DNA from: a virus
Lineage: Duplodnaviria; Caudoviricetes
DNA: 36,398 nucleotides
Strand: one strand, 5' to 3'
Virus record (IMG/VR): IMGVR_UViG_3300005058_000167
Coordinates: 1-36,398 of that record
Below, one piece after another: positions 1 to 8,979 of this stretch. Made by a program: the position numbers and the translations under genes. The notes below the pieces were generated by a model. It made no database searches and had not been told where the DNA came from. It saw only the letters and a list, made by a program, of their open reading frames with translations. The number at the start of each line of letters is the position of its first letter. Position 1 is the stretch's first letter.

Positions 1-82
1 ACGGGCCGTGGTTACTGGGTTCTGACCACTCGGGGCGGAATTCTGATTTCCGGACAGTTCTGGGGTAAAAGTACGGGATATT

Positions 83-148
83 CGGGCGATATGTGCGGGA
101 AATTGCCCGGTGCGTTACTGGAAATACCCCATTCAAAGACCGTTTAAA
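83..148 (+). repeat. Degenerate direct repeat copy 1 (GGGCRAT..ATTGCCC dyad + CCCATTYRAAGACCRTTTAAA)
   Basis: 128-148 matches 18768-18788 at 18/21; ATTGCCCRGTGC and an upstream CGGGC(G/A)A are also shared. Confidence 0.65.
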
Positions 149-151
149 TGA

Positions 152-670
152 TCAGCGACGACGGTTTATTACAGCGGTGAGATGGTCGGCAGTCACGTCG
201 CCGACCAATTGGCGATCACTTTCCGGGAAGCCAACAAGGGGGCGCGCGGGAAGGCCTGGGTGATTGACTCGCTTGCGGAACATGCCACCAAAACTGAGCG
301 CCTTTGCTTTCCGTGCCGTGATGACATGGGCGCGCGATCCGTCCTGGTGGAAGATGGCCTTGAATCCGTCGCCCTGGTCGAATCCGAGGCGCAGATTGTC
401 GCCCTGCACCTGGTAATGGAAATCGGCCAACATACGGCCGGTTTTGTTGAGTGGACCACCTTTGCGATCTCCGGCCGCGATGGTCGAGGCGGCCAACGGT
501 TCCCACGCCTTGCCCTCCGGATCGAGGCCTTGATCGTGGCGCTCCTGATTCACGCGAAACAGCGATTCGCCGATGCTGCCGAGCATTTCAGCCGGCGTGG
601 CGATCTCGCGGCGGACGGCTTCGAGAACAGCCGTCAGGTGGTCGGCTTGAAATTCAATGTCGAATTGCAT
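152..670 (-). CDS. Phage virion morphogenesis protein (Mu gpG-like)
   Basis: RHDQGLDPEGKAWEPLA, LNKTGRM, AIFHQDG, HPGLPARPLVG motifs; follows MuF. Confidence 0.88.
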   Translation of the reverse strand: MQFDIEFQADHLTAVLEAVRREIATPAEMLGSIGESLFRVNQERHDQGLDPEGKAWEPLAASTIAAGDRKGGPLNKTGRMLADFHYQVQGDNLRLGFDQGDGFKAIFHQDGSRAHVITARKAKALSFGGMFRKRVNHPGLPARPLVGFPESDRQLVGDVTADHLTAVINRRR

Positions 671-754
671 ATAGTTACCTCGCGGTTCAGTCAGACTGGC
701 TTCGGCCTACTGCCCCATATCTGATCCGTAAAGCGACGCGGCCCGATGGCCGCG

Positions 755-2023
755 TTACTTTTTCCAGATCAGGCGGCCGATGCGCTGCTTGTCGAAATAC
801 TTCTCTTTGCTGGCCGGGAAGACCGTCGCGCCCGTCCATCCCGCCTTCGACCACTCGAACACACCGACGCCATAGCGGCCATCTCCGTCGATTTCGAAGG
901 CCTTCACGTAGCGGCGTTTCAGGCGCCATTTGGCCGGGTCGCCGGCATCCTTTTCCCAGGCCCACCAGATTTCATCCGGCTCGATCAAGGTCATGGCCAG
1001 CAGGTTGATGTATTTCAGGCGGTCGGCCTTCTCCGGCTCGGCCAGCCACTTGAAGTTATCGCCTTCCTTCTCGCTGCCCTTGACGAAGAGTGCCTTGGTG
1101 ATCGCCAGCGTGCTGCCGGCCACATCGGTGAAGGCGGCGCCTTCGGCCAGCGTGGCGCCGAAGATGTCGAGGAAATCAGCAACGGCCACTTCCGGCGCAG
1201 TGCCGGCCGGCAGAACCGCCGAGGCAGGGATTTTCGTTGGCGTCGGCAGCGCCGGGCGTTCTTTGCCAGTTGGCCAGGCCGCTTTGCGTTCCTTCAACAC
1301 CGCATCGTAGCCCTGCAGCGGCGGCACGGTGTGCGGTTCCAGCCAGGCCTTGCCTGGGTTGTAGGCGAAGCCGGGGTCGATGCCTTTCGGTACCTGAACC
1401 GTGCGCGGGTTGCTGCCGTTCTTGCCGACCACCTTCTCTTCCCACTCAATGGGCGGCGCTTCGTCCGGGCCGGACTTGCCGTTCTTCTTCCACTCCCGCT
1501 CTGCCTCGACTTTGGACAGGGAGTACTTGCGGCATTTGCAGCCCCAGCCGTTTTGTGGCGTGTGGGTGTTCCACCACGGATCATCCAGCGGCAACACCAG
1601 GCCGTTCCACGCCTTGTGCTCCAGGCGCGGGTGCTCGATGCTGGTGTGGCGATACATGGCGTAGGGCCGCAGGTGCTTGACGGCCTGCATCTGCTTTTCG
1701 CGGCCGGCGTTGAAAGACTGGGTGATATTGGTGTCGTAGATGATTTTCGAGCGCCAGCCGGGCGAGCCGTTGTGTGCCCAGCCGTGCTTTTTGACGATCT
1801 CCGGGAAAGCCTTCTGGAACTCGGCATAGCCGCCGGCTTCCTTGGCCTTGGCGATGGCGTTGTAGAGGTCGCCAACCAGGTCATCATGGGCGGCGCCGGC
1901 CACCACGAAGGCATGCGAGTGCTGTTCCTGCCAGATGTCCGTCCAGCCGGACGATGGCAGCTTGATCTTCGACTTGAAGAAGTCGATGGATTCGGTGAAT
2001 GGGAGGTTGGCAGGGTTGGCCAT
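755..2023 (-). CDS. MuF (gpF) head morphogenesis protein with C-terminal extension (PBECR2-like nuclease fold suspected)
   Basis: AFVVAGA, IYDTNI, PRLEHKAWNG, WWNTHTPQNGWGCKC, GIDPGFAYNPG; ~190 aa extra C-terminal domain ending KQRIGRLIWKK. Confidence 0.88.
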   Translation of the reverse strand: MANPANLPFTESIDFFKSKIKLPSSGWTDIWQEQHSHAFVVAGAAHDDLVGDLYNAIAKAKEAGGYAEFQKAFPEIVKKHGWAHNGSPGWRSKIIYDTNITQSFNAGREKQMQAVKHLRPYAMYRHTSIEHPRLEHKAWNGLVLPLDDPWWNTHTPQNGWGCKCRKYSLSKVEAEREWKKNGKSGPDEAPPIEWEEKVVGKNGSNPRTVQVPKGIDPGFAYNPGKAWLEPHTVPPLQGYDAVLKERKAAWPTGKERPALPTPTKIPASAVLPAGTAPEVAVADFLDIFGATLAEGAAFTDVAGSTLAITKALFVKGSEKEGDNFKWLAEPEKADRLKYINLLAMTLIEPDEIWWAWEKDAGDPAKWRLKRRYVKAFEIDGDGRYGVGVFEWSKAGWTGATVFPASKEKYFDKQRIGRLIWKK

Positions 2024-2025
2024 GG

Positions 2026-2532
2026 CTATGTCTTGCCGGTTTTAATGAAAACACCGCGATCGCTAAGTTTTCGCAGGGCGTCAGCGCAGTCATCGCCAAA
2101 AGCGAATAAGACGGTACCTGCACCGCACCGACTTTTCTTGTGCTGATTTTCCAGACCAGGAACGAATTCAATCCGACCCGATACGAACAGCATTGCGCTT
2201 GCGGATCTCATCGCGTCTTGGCACCAGCCTGCGTCCGTTCGACTAAAAACAAGAGCAATACCGTTTCCGTGCTCAGCCATCCTCTTTACCCACATCCCAG
2301 TATCTGGCCCATATGGCGGGTTCATCCAGACGCGGCCGAACCATGGTTTTTTCAGGCCATCATCGAAGACGGTGTATTTGGTCGTGGCCGGTACCGCTGT
2401 TTCCATGTCGTGTGGGCTTGATGGGTCAAGGTCGAACGTCAAGCCGAGGGCATCAAAAATCCAAGCTGGCGTGTACCACTCAACACTCTTATGAGCTGGT
2501 GCCGTTCTAGCCTCGCCGAACATTCCGCTCAT
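2026..2532 (-). CDS. dam: Phage DNA N6-adenine methyltransferase
   Basis: EWYTP, FDLDP, WMNPPYG motifs; ATG at 2532 overlaps portal stop (ATGA); target specificity not established. Confidence 0.85.
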   Translation of the reverse strand: MSGMFGEARTAPAHKSVEWYTPAWIFDALGLTFDLDPSSPHDMETAVPATTKYTVFDDGLKKPWFGRVWMNPPYGPDTGMWVKRMAEHGNGIALVFSRTDAGWCQDAMRSASAMLFVSGRIEFVPGLENQHKKSRCGAGTVLFAFGDDCADALRKLSDRGVFIKTGKT

Positions 2533-4088
2533 CGCCTGTCCCCAACATCCGCCCGCCCCGCCAAATGCGCAGCCGCCATGCCCAACTGCATCGCCTCTGC
2601 CCACTTCGGATCAGCCTTCAGCGCGGCAATCCCTTCCAGCGCCGCATCAAAGTCGCCAGCCTCGGCAACAATCGCGCTGATCTGCTGGATCAGGCCTTGC
2701 TCGAAGGGTGCGCACAGGGTGGCGAGCTGGCTGCCGTAGGCGGTGGTGATGTCCGTTTCGGTGGCCAAGGCGACCAGGCGCGTCAGAGCAGTCTCAGCCG
2801 GGTTGGCCGGGCTGGGCGTGGTGGCCGGTGCGGTCGGCTTGTTGGTGGCGATCAGCAGCTTGGCGCCCTTTTCAGCACGCGGTAGCTGCATGATCTCGTG
2901 GGCGTATTCCACGTCGATCTCCATGCCGATATCGGCGGCCTTGGCCAGCACGTCGACCATCTTCTGCTGATCGACGCTTTCCTGTGTCAGGTGGCTGAAA
3001 ACCGGCAGTCGATTCGGCGGGAACATGCTGTTGATCAGCGCAATCGGTTCGACCACCTGGCGGTTCATCGTCGGGTCGATCTGGCCCACGTCATGCAGCA
3101 TGATCTCGCGCCGAACCTTGTCGTGAATCTCGCCCAGCGCGTTGGTGCTCGTCTTGCCGTCCGCCTGGCTGGTCAGCGTGCCGCCGAGGATCGCCATCGA
3201 TTGCTTGCGCTCCCAGTAGCCAACGGCATTCAGGAAGTCGTCAATCGATCCGCTCTTCATCGCCTGGATGAAGTCGATGCTCATATTGGCCGGCACCACG
3301 CCCGCGCCATCGTTGCCGATATTGCGTACCGCCTTTAGGAGCTGATCGCGCTGCTTGGAATCGATCCCGGCCGGATACTTGCCCAGGCGCAGCGGCAGGC
3401 CGTACATCTCCAGGAAGCGCTGCATGTCCCGCTGGTTGTAGGCCTTGTAGGCATAGGTCCAGGCCAGCACGCGGAACAGCGCCGCCTGCTCGATGTAGCC
3501 CGATTTCGCACGGTGCTCATGAACTACCCAGCCCCATTCGCGCAAGGCCTCCGGCGCACCGTTCTTGACGTACTGCAGCGCCCCGGATTTACGGTCGACG
3601 CGGAATTCCGTCTGCGGCACCCAGATGAAGCCTTTCGGATACCACGTGTCGCCAAACTGCCAGTCGATCTCGTGGGCAGAGATGCCCTTGCCGATGGCGT
3701 CGCTGAGGTCGTACTGCATATCCTCGAAGCGGGGAATCTTGCGCAGGATGTCTTCCAGCTCTTTCGTCCGGTCGATCTCCGACTGATTCGCATCCTCCGG
3801 CGGCGTCAATTGCCAGCCCAGCCCGGTCACCGCCCGGCGCCGCTTGGCCAGTTCGGCGAAGATATGCGCGTCCTGCTCTTCCACCAGGTTGAACAAGGCC
3901 GCCTGATCGGTGATATGGCCTTCGTCGGCAGCCGCGAACGCGCTGGCCAGCCGTGCCGGCGGAATCGTGGTCACCGACAGGTAATTGGCCGTCGTCGCAC
4001 TCGAACGCGGGCCGGCCTGCAGCACATCCAGCCCGGTGCGTGCCACCCTGGCCAGCGCCGCCTTGATCTCTTTAATCATCGTCGTCAT
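2529..4088 (-). CDS. Portal protein (Mu gp29/DUF935)
   Basis: DAHIFAELAKRRRAV, FLEMYGLPLRLGKY, AILGGTLTSQADG, ALGEIH; follows TerL; start 4088 or 4079. Confidence 0.93.
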   Translation of the reverse strand: MTTMIKEIKAALARVARTGLDVLQAGPRSSATTANYLSVTTIPPARLASAFAAADEGHITDQAALFNLVEEQDAHIFAELAKRRRAVTGLGWQLTPPEDANQSEIDRTKELEDILRKIPRFEDMQYDLSDAIGKGISAHEIDWQFGDTWYPKGFIWVPQTEFRVDRKSGALQYVKNGAPEALREWGWVVHEHRAKSGYIEQAALFRVLAWTYAYKAYNQRDMQRFLEMYGLPLRLGKYPAGIDSKQRDQLLKAVRNIGNDGAGVVPANMSIDFIQAMKSGSIDDFLNAVGYWERKQSMAILGGTLTSQADGKTSTNALGEIHDKVRREIMLHDVGQIDPTMNRQVVEPIALINSMFPPNRLPVFSHLTQESVDQQKMVDVLAKAADIGMEIDVEYAHEIMQLPRAEKGAKLLIATNKPTAPATTPSPANPAETALTRLVALATETDITTAYGSQLATLCAPFEQGLIQQISAIVAEAGDFDAALEGIAALKADPKWAEAMQLGMAAAHLAGRADVGDRR

Positions 4089-5853
4089 CCCACTCTTCGG
4101 AAAAGCCGCTGGTGAAGCCACCACGGCCGGTATTGCGTTGGTTCATGCGAGAAGTTCCGGCCGAGGTGTAAAGCCATTCGCCCGCGAACTGGTTGGCCAG
4201 GCGCCACAGCTTTTCCAGGGCGTCCGGGCCGTCGTCGTGGTCGGCTTCCGGCCAGAACTTCGTCTGCTCGATCATCACCGTCTGCGAGCGGTGCAGCCTG
4301 ATCTTGCCGTTTGCGAAGTGCGGCTGCAGGCTGATGATGCGCAGGTCTTTCTCGACGTTCTCCGGCATCGGGATGCCGGGGAAGGCAATGCCCAGCAGCG
4401 CCGCCCGCTTCAGCAGCTCGGTGTACATGAACTCCTGAAACTGCACCGTCTCGACGCCCCAGGCCAGGCACTGGTATTCCGCCTGCAGGTCGATGGCGCG
4501 ACTGATGATCAGGTCCGGCACGCGCTTGGCGATATCGGCCTCGACCACATCGAGCACCATCGTGTTGCGGTTCAGACCGCCGACCAGGATCGCCGAAGGG
4601 TCACGTTTCTTGCCCTGCTTGCCGAGCGAAGGATCAATGGCGCCGAAGAACAGCCAGTCCGCCCGCCGATCCACCCAGAACTGGATGTTCTTGAACGGCG
4701 CCGAATCATCGTTGCCGGCCTCGTTCTGCTGTTCCTGGTTGAACGCGTCGTGGTCGCTGGCGAACATGCAGAACAGCCGGTAGAGCGGCCGCACATCCGG
4801 CCACGACACCACAGCGCCGGCATCCATCGCCGCTTGGTTCGCCTGGTAGAAGGCCAGCGCCTCGGCCTCGGCCTTTTCCTGCGCTCCGTCTTCATCGCTG
4901 GCCGCTGCCGAGGTGTAGATGCCTTCCCACTGCTCCCACAGGTCCATGCGATCCGGCCATTTCATGATCGACTTGAACACCTTGCGCCGCCAGCCCGGCT
5001 TGCGCGAAACGCGGTTGATCGCCGCGTCGTAGTGCAGCGAGGTGCCGACCCAGAAGATATCCATCCCGCCCGCCGGCCCGGCCAGGCCGACCACGGCCTT
5101 GATCACGAAGTTTTGAACGGCGTCGCGCTGTTCCTTGTTGCGGACGTTCTCATCGTTTTCCAGATCGTCCAGGAAGATCAGGCCCGGCCGGTGCGGACCA
5201 TGGCGCATACCGCGCATCTTCTTGCCTACACCGCCGACGCGTACCTTGATGCCGTTGGCCGTGTGGATGGTCGCCGCCTGCCAGACGCGCCCACGGCCGA
5301 CCGCCTTGGGGAAGTCGGCCGCCAGGCGTGGGTTGCTGTCCAGCTCGGCCTTGATCGCTTCGAGCATTTCAATCGACTGCTCCAGCGTGTTCATGATGAT
5401 GCCGATCAGCCACTTGCGTGCCTTGGGGCTGGCGTGCGGGACCAGCTCAGCCAGATAGTTGGCCCGGCAGATGCACCACAAGCTGCCGAGCTGCGTTTCG
5501 TAGGTCGACTTGGCCTCGCCACGAGGCGCCTGATGCACTTCGCGGGCATCGGTCTGGCCGTCGATCCGCTCCGGGAAGCATTCGAAGATGAACTGGTGGA
5601 ACTGCGAGAAGTGCGGCGTCGGCACGTAGTGCGGGAAGTAGGTCTTGCAGAAAAACTCGTAATCGACCACCGCCCGCTCGCGCCGCGCCTTGCTCGCCGC
5701 CGGGTCGATGGGGAAGGCCTCGCACTCCAGCTCGATAGTCTGGCGCAACTCCTCGGCGAAGGATTCCATCCGGCGCTGAAAGTCGCCGAGGTTCTTCACC
5801 TCGGTCAGGTCTTCGTAGTCGTCGGTCCAGTCGAATTCACGCATGGTCGTCAC
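4072..5853 (-). CDS. Terminase large subunit
   Basis: Walker A APRGEAKST, Walker B IFLDDLE, nuclease motifs IDPS and HDDGPDALE. Confidence 0.93.
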   Translation of the reverse strand: MTTMREFDWTDDYEDLTEVKNLGDFQRRMESFAEELRQTIELECEAFPIDPAASKARRERAVVDYEFFCKTYFPHYVPTPHFSQFHQFIFECFPERIDGQTDAREVHQAPRGEAKSTYETQLGSLWCICRANYLAELVPHASPKARKWLIGIIMNTLEQSIEMLEAIKAELDSNPRLAADFPKAVGRGRVWQAATIHTANGIKVRVGGVGKKMRGMRHGPHRPGLIFLDDLENDENVRNKEQRDAVQNFVIKAVVGLAGPAGGMDIFWVGTSLHYDAAINRVSRKPGWRRKVFKSIMKWPDRMDLWEQWEGIYTSAAASDEDGAQEKAEAEALAFYQANQAAMDAGAVVSWPDVRPLYRLFCMFASDHDAFNQEQQNEAGNDDSAPFKNIQFWVDRRADWLFFGAIDPSLGKQGKKRDPSAILVGGLNRNTMVLDVVEADIAKRVPDLIISRAIDLQAEYQCLAWGVETVQFQEFMYTELLKRAALLGIAFPGIPMPENVEKDLRIISLQPHFANGKIRLHRSQTVMIEQTKFWPEADHDDGPDALEKLWRLANQFAGEWLYTSAGTSRMNQRNTGRGGFTSGFSEEWDDDDD

Positions 5854-6062
5854 CAGTCACGAGAGTCGAAACCGACCCAGCCGGCGATGCTATGAGCGAT
5901 GTTGCCCAGCTTGATCAGCGGCCACGTTACAAATACGGTCGTGAACAGAATTGGGGCGAGAAGAATGGCCAGAACAAAGCGTAGATGAGGGGCCCGCTTT
6001 TTCGATTTGAAGGCCCAGCGAAGAAGCGCTTTGCTGGGTTCGCCGTAGTAGTAGACGCGCAT
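5850..6062 (-). CDS. Small hypothetical membrane protein
   Basis: 70 aa, hydrophobic segment, ATGA-coupled to TerL, lower GC. Confidence 0.55.
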   Translation of the reverse strand: MRVYYYGEPSKALLRWAFKSKKRAPHLRFVLAILLAPILFTTVFVTWPLIKLGNIAHSIAGWVGFDSRDW

Positions 6063-6064
6063 GG

Positions 6065-6292
6065 CTATGGCAAATCCTTTTCAAGCATTGCTGCCAAATC
6101 CTGATTCGCCTTTCGGCATATGACTTCAAACCGTGACATGATTTTTTGTTCGCGATGCGTCCGTCTCGCCCTGTAGAACTTCCCGAAGTCGGCCATGCCT
6201 TCAACGTTCTTGGCGATGCTATCGGCCATCAATTGGTGCGCAACGACAGACAGCGCCTCTTCAGTGGCTGCGGAGAGTAGTGGCTTAGCCAT
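6065..6292 (-). CDS. Hypothetical protein
   Basis: ATG 6292 overlaps TerS end; tight packing. Confidence 0.55.
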   Translation of the reverse strand: MAKPLLSAATEEALSVVAHQLMADSIAKNVEGMADFGKFYRARRTHREQKIMSRFEVICRKANQDLAAMLEKDLP

Positions 6293-6779
6293 ACCGCTTC
6301 CCCAGCACCGCCCCGATATCCTCGACATGTGGCTGCAGCGCCCGCAGTGCGGCCGGGTCGGTTTTCTTCAAATACTCGGCGATGACCTTGAGCGTATCCA
6401 GTGCCACGGACAGCCCGGAAAACTGCGGATTCAACCGCCCAAAGGCCTTGCTGAACTTGGCGTAGCCATCGGCCAACTGGGCGAGCAGCGCGGCCTTGTC
6501 GCTGGCCGGAATCTTCGCTTCTTCCAGTTCCCGCGTGGTCGTGATCACCTGGCGGGCAAAGTCTTCGATGAGCTGCTTGTTCAGCTCGTCCATCCCTTGC
6601 TCGCTGATGCGGTAGGCGGCGCGAGCGGTGTCCCAGTCGTCGCCCTTCGCCTTGGCAATCCGCTTCCACTCGCGGGCCGTGTCGTAGCTGACACCGCAGG
6701 TGATGGCAGCACCGTTCAAGGGCATGCCCTCGATGTAGAGCTGCCGTGTCCGCTCGCGGGTTTCCTGGCTGTGGGCCAT
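6285..6779 (-). CDS. DUF1804-family protein, probable terminase small subunit
   Basis: MAHSQETR..., HTH GVSYDTAREWK, GDDWDTARAA; upstream of TerL. Confidence 0.85.
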   Translation of the reverse strand: MAHSQETRERTRQLYIEGMPLNGAAITCGVSYDTAREWKRIAKAKGDDWDTARAAYRISEQGMDELNKQLIEDFARQVITTTRELEEAKIPASDKAALLAQLADGYAKFSKAFGRLNPQFSGLSVALDTLKVIAEYLKKTDPAALRALQPHVEDIGAVLGKRYG

Positions 6780-6781
6780 GG

Positions 6782-7147
6782 TCAGATGCGCTTGATGATT
6801 TCGACAGCCGCAGCCGCCAGTGCGCCGCCCACACCGCCACCCAGCGCGCCGAGCTTGGCCGTTTTCTCGATCAGCTTCTTGTCCTCAACTTCCAGGTTGG
6901 TGACGCGGGTACCGAGGCCGTCGATGCGCTTGTTGACGTCTTCGCGCACCTGGTTGATCTGGCCGGTCAGGTTCTCCTCGATCCGCGTCATGCGTTCGCC
7001 CTGGGCCTGCTCCAGACGGCGGATATCGCCCTTGATGTCTTCGATGCGGGCGGTCAGGCCGGTATGCATGGCGTGCACGGCGCCAGTGAGCTGGCCGATG
7101 CTGTGCATGATCTGCGAGTTATCACGGCGGTCGTCTTGGGTAGTCAT
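6782..7147 (-). CDS. Coiled-coil protein with C-terminal hydrophobic anchor
   Basis: Heptad pattern, C-terminal GALGGGVGGALAAAAV; between spanin and TerS. Confidence 0.7.
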   Translation of the reverse strand: MTTQDDRRDNSQIMHSIGQLTGAVHAMHTGLTARIEDIKGDIRRLEQAQGERMTRIEENLTGQINQVREDVNKRIDGLGTRVTNLEVEDKKLIEKTAKLGALGGGVGGALAAAAVEIIKRI

Positions 7148-7662
7148 TTTTCTTGGTCCTCGGCGGTTTCAAAATCGATCAGTGCGCCGAGTCGGTCACG
7201 GCACGTGGCGTATTGGCGGATGGCGTGGTCGATCCATTCCGCGATGTCGGTATCGGTGGCAGCGGGGGCATCTTCAGCATCAGGCCGGCTGGCGGCTTCG
7301 GGCACGGCTGGGGGCTTGATACCGCCGGAACCGTTGAGCAGGCGGACAGTGCCAGCATTGAGACAAGGCCGGCCATGCGTAAGGCGTTTGATTTCACGGG
7401 AGTGCTCCTGGGCTTGGGAAAGTCGTTCCTGGTCGGCCGCTTCCAGTTGGCGCTGCAGGGCATTGGCCACCTGCTGGGCAGCGATCAGCTTGTCGCGGCT
7501 GTCGGTAGCCGCCTGGCGATCGGCCTCGGCCTGCGCTTTCTCCAGCTTGGCCACCTTGATGTCGCCCACGTAGAGGCCCATCTTCATGCCGAGCAGGAAG
7601 ACGCAGGCCAGCACGATCAGGGTGCAGAGAACGACGATTCCGCTGAGAATCTTGTCGGTCAT
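7144..7662 (-). CDS. Rz-like inner-membrane spanin
   Basis: N-terminal TM helix, coiled coil, C-terminal Cys; lysis cassette. Confidence 0.8.
   Translation of the reverse strand: MTDKILSGIVVLCTLIVLACVFLLGMKMGLYVGDIKVAKLEKAQAEADRQAATDSRDKLIAAQQVANALQRQLEAADQERLSQAQEHSREIKRLTHGRPCLNAGTVRLLNGSGGIKPPAVPEAASRPDAEDAPAATDTDIAEWIDHAIRQYATCRDRLGALIDFETAEDQEK
7179..7397 (-). CDS. Rz1-like outer-membrane lipoprotein spanin embedded in Rz
   Basis: GTG start with AGGAG 7 nt upstream; MKSNALRMAGLVSMLALSA-C lipobox; Pro-rich mature part. Confidence 0.8.
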   Translation of the reverse strand: MKSNALRMAGLVSMLALSACSTVPAVSSPQPCPKPPAGLMLKMPPLPPIPTSRNGSTTPSANTPRAVTDSAH

Positions 7663-7934
7663 GGCGCATCTCCAAACATTGATTCGATGCCGCCCATGGC
7701 TTCGCGAACCATGGAGACAGCCCTTTCCTGGGTGATCTCCTCGAAGGCCGTATCAGCCTTGGATTCGCCATCATCGTCATCGGTGTAACCGATCCTGAAT
7801 TGACATAAGCCGAGACCATCAACGCCGGGATAGAAATGGAACGCGATCTCAGGGCCTTCATCGCTGCTCTGGCGCATAACAAGCACCTGGCCGCGTTCCG
7901 TTTCATACAGCTTGGCAAAGGGCTTCATACGCAT
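7659..7934 (-). CDS. Hypothetical acidic protein within lysis cassette
   Basis: Overlaps both endolysin and Rz; exact start uncertain. Confidence 0.65.
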   Translation of the reverse strand: MRMKPFAKLYETERGQVLVMRQSSDEGPEIAFHFYPGVDGLGLCQFRIGYTDDDDGESKADTAFEEITQERAVSMVREAMGGIESMFGDAP

Positions 7935-8575
7935 ACCCCTTTTCCCCAGGCCGTATAGGCCGGCTGCAGCACTTTGATGATCCGCTTCGGGTAACCGCGA
8001 TTTTCAGCAAAGGCTCCCTGGCTGCGGCCCGCGTTGAATCGTTCCACCTGCCCCCACCAGCGCGTTCGAATGCCACCCGAAGCCTGCGTCAGTGCCTTGT
8101 CCTTCAGCAACCAGCCCAGCCCGCCGTTGTAGGCTGAGAGCACCATGGCTATGCGTTCGCAATCGTTCTCGGCCGCGGTGCGTTCCCACAACCATCGGTC
8201 GTAGGCCGTCAGGGCACGCAAGGCCCAGACAGGGTTATCCGGCTGGCGCTGTGCTAGCTCCGGTACGATGCCGCCAATCCAGTCTGCCGTGGCCGGCATG
8301 AACTGGGCGAGGCCCTTGGCACCGACGCGGGAGACAGCACGGGCATTCCAGCCGGATTCCTGATGCACCTGGGCGGCAAAGGTGGCAATGGGCGCATCCA
8401 GCCCCCACGCCAGGCGCGCATTGCGCGTCAGCTCGCCCCGGTACTGTTGTGCAGACTGCGGCACTTCGGCCGCCTGCAGGTGGCCGGAGAGCAGACCACC
8501 GACCAGGCAGAGCACGGCCACCAGCAACGTGGCCAGCAGTTCCTGCCGTTGTTCCAACGTCCAGCGCCCGAACAC
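7925..8575 (-). CDS. SLT-family lytic transglycosylase endolysin
   Basis: QVHQES catalytic Glu, GLAQFMPATA, SAYNGG; N-terminal hydrophobic signal/SAR. Confidence 0.92.
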   Translation of the reverse strand: MFGRWTLEQRQELLATLLVAVLCLVGGLLSGHLQAAEVPQSAQQYRGELTRNARLAWGLDAPIATFAAQVHQESGWNARAVSRVGAKGLAQFMPATADWIGGIVPELAQRQPDNPVWALRALTAYDRWLWERTAAENDCERIAMVLSAYNGGLGWLLKDKALTQASGGIRTRWWGQVERFNAGRSQGAFAENRGYPKRIIKVLQPAYTAWGKGVCV

Positions 8576-8577
8576 GA

Positions 8578-8940
8578 TCAGGCTCCCAGACCCATGGCCA
8601 GCATGGCACAGCCGACGATGATGGATCGTCGCAGCATGGCAATGCCGAAGAGATGCGCCGTAGCGCTATCGCCCATATCCCAGGGCGGAAGGGTGAAATT
8701 GACCTCGGTGCTCGCCGGGTCGCAGAAGTCGAAATCACCGTCGCAGGTTTCGCCCATGAAGGCATCCGGCCGGGCATAGGGGAACAGCGAACGGTCAAGC
8801 CAGTAACCCACCACACCGGCCATGCTGACCAGGGAGAGCTTGTACAGGCTGACCGGCAACTGCTGCGGCGCGAGCAGGCCGATGATGCAGACAAGCATGA
8901 TGGTGGCGATCAGCCACCCGAAAAGGCGGGGAGGTTTCAT
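8578..8940 (-). CDS. Putative holin
   Basis: Three hydrophobic segments, GYWLDRSLFPYARP motif, upstream of endolysin, AGGAG RBS. Confidence 0.85.
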   Translation of the reverse strand: MKPPRLFGWLIATIMLVCIIGLLAPQQLPVSLYKLSLVSMAGVVGYWLDRSLFPYARPDAFMGETCDGDFDFCDPASTEVNFTLPPWDMGDSATAHLFGIAMLRRSIIVGCAMLAMGLGA

Positions 8941-8979
8941 TGCGCAAACTCCTGGTCAGGTTGGTCAAGGTACGACCGG

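Noticed and set aside
3985..5895. Long antisense ORFs (also 746-2146, 14027-15838, 22331-23875, 25612-26742, 27650-29386, 30695-31897)
   Set aside because: Shadows of high-GC genes on the opposite strand; no motifs or RBS, and the sense genes are clearly recognisable.
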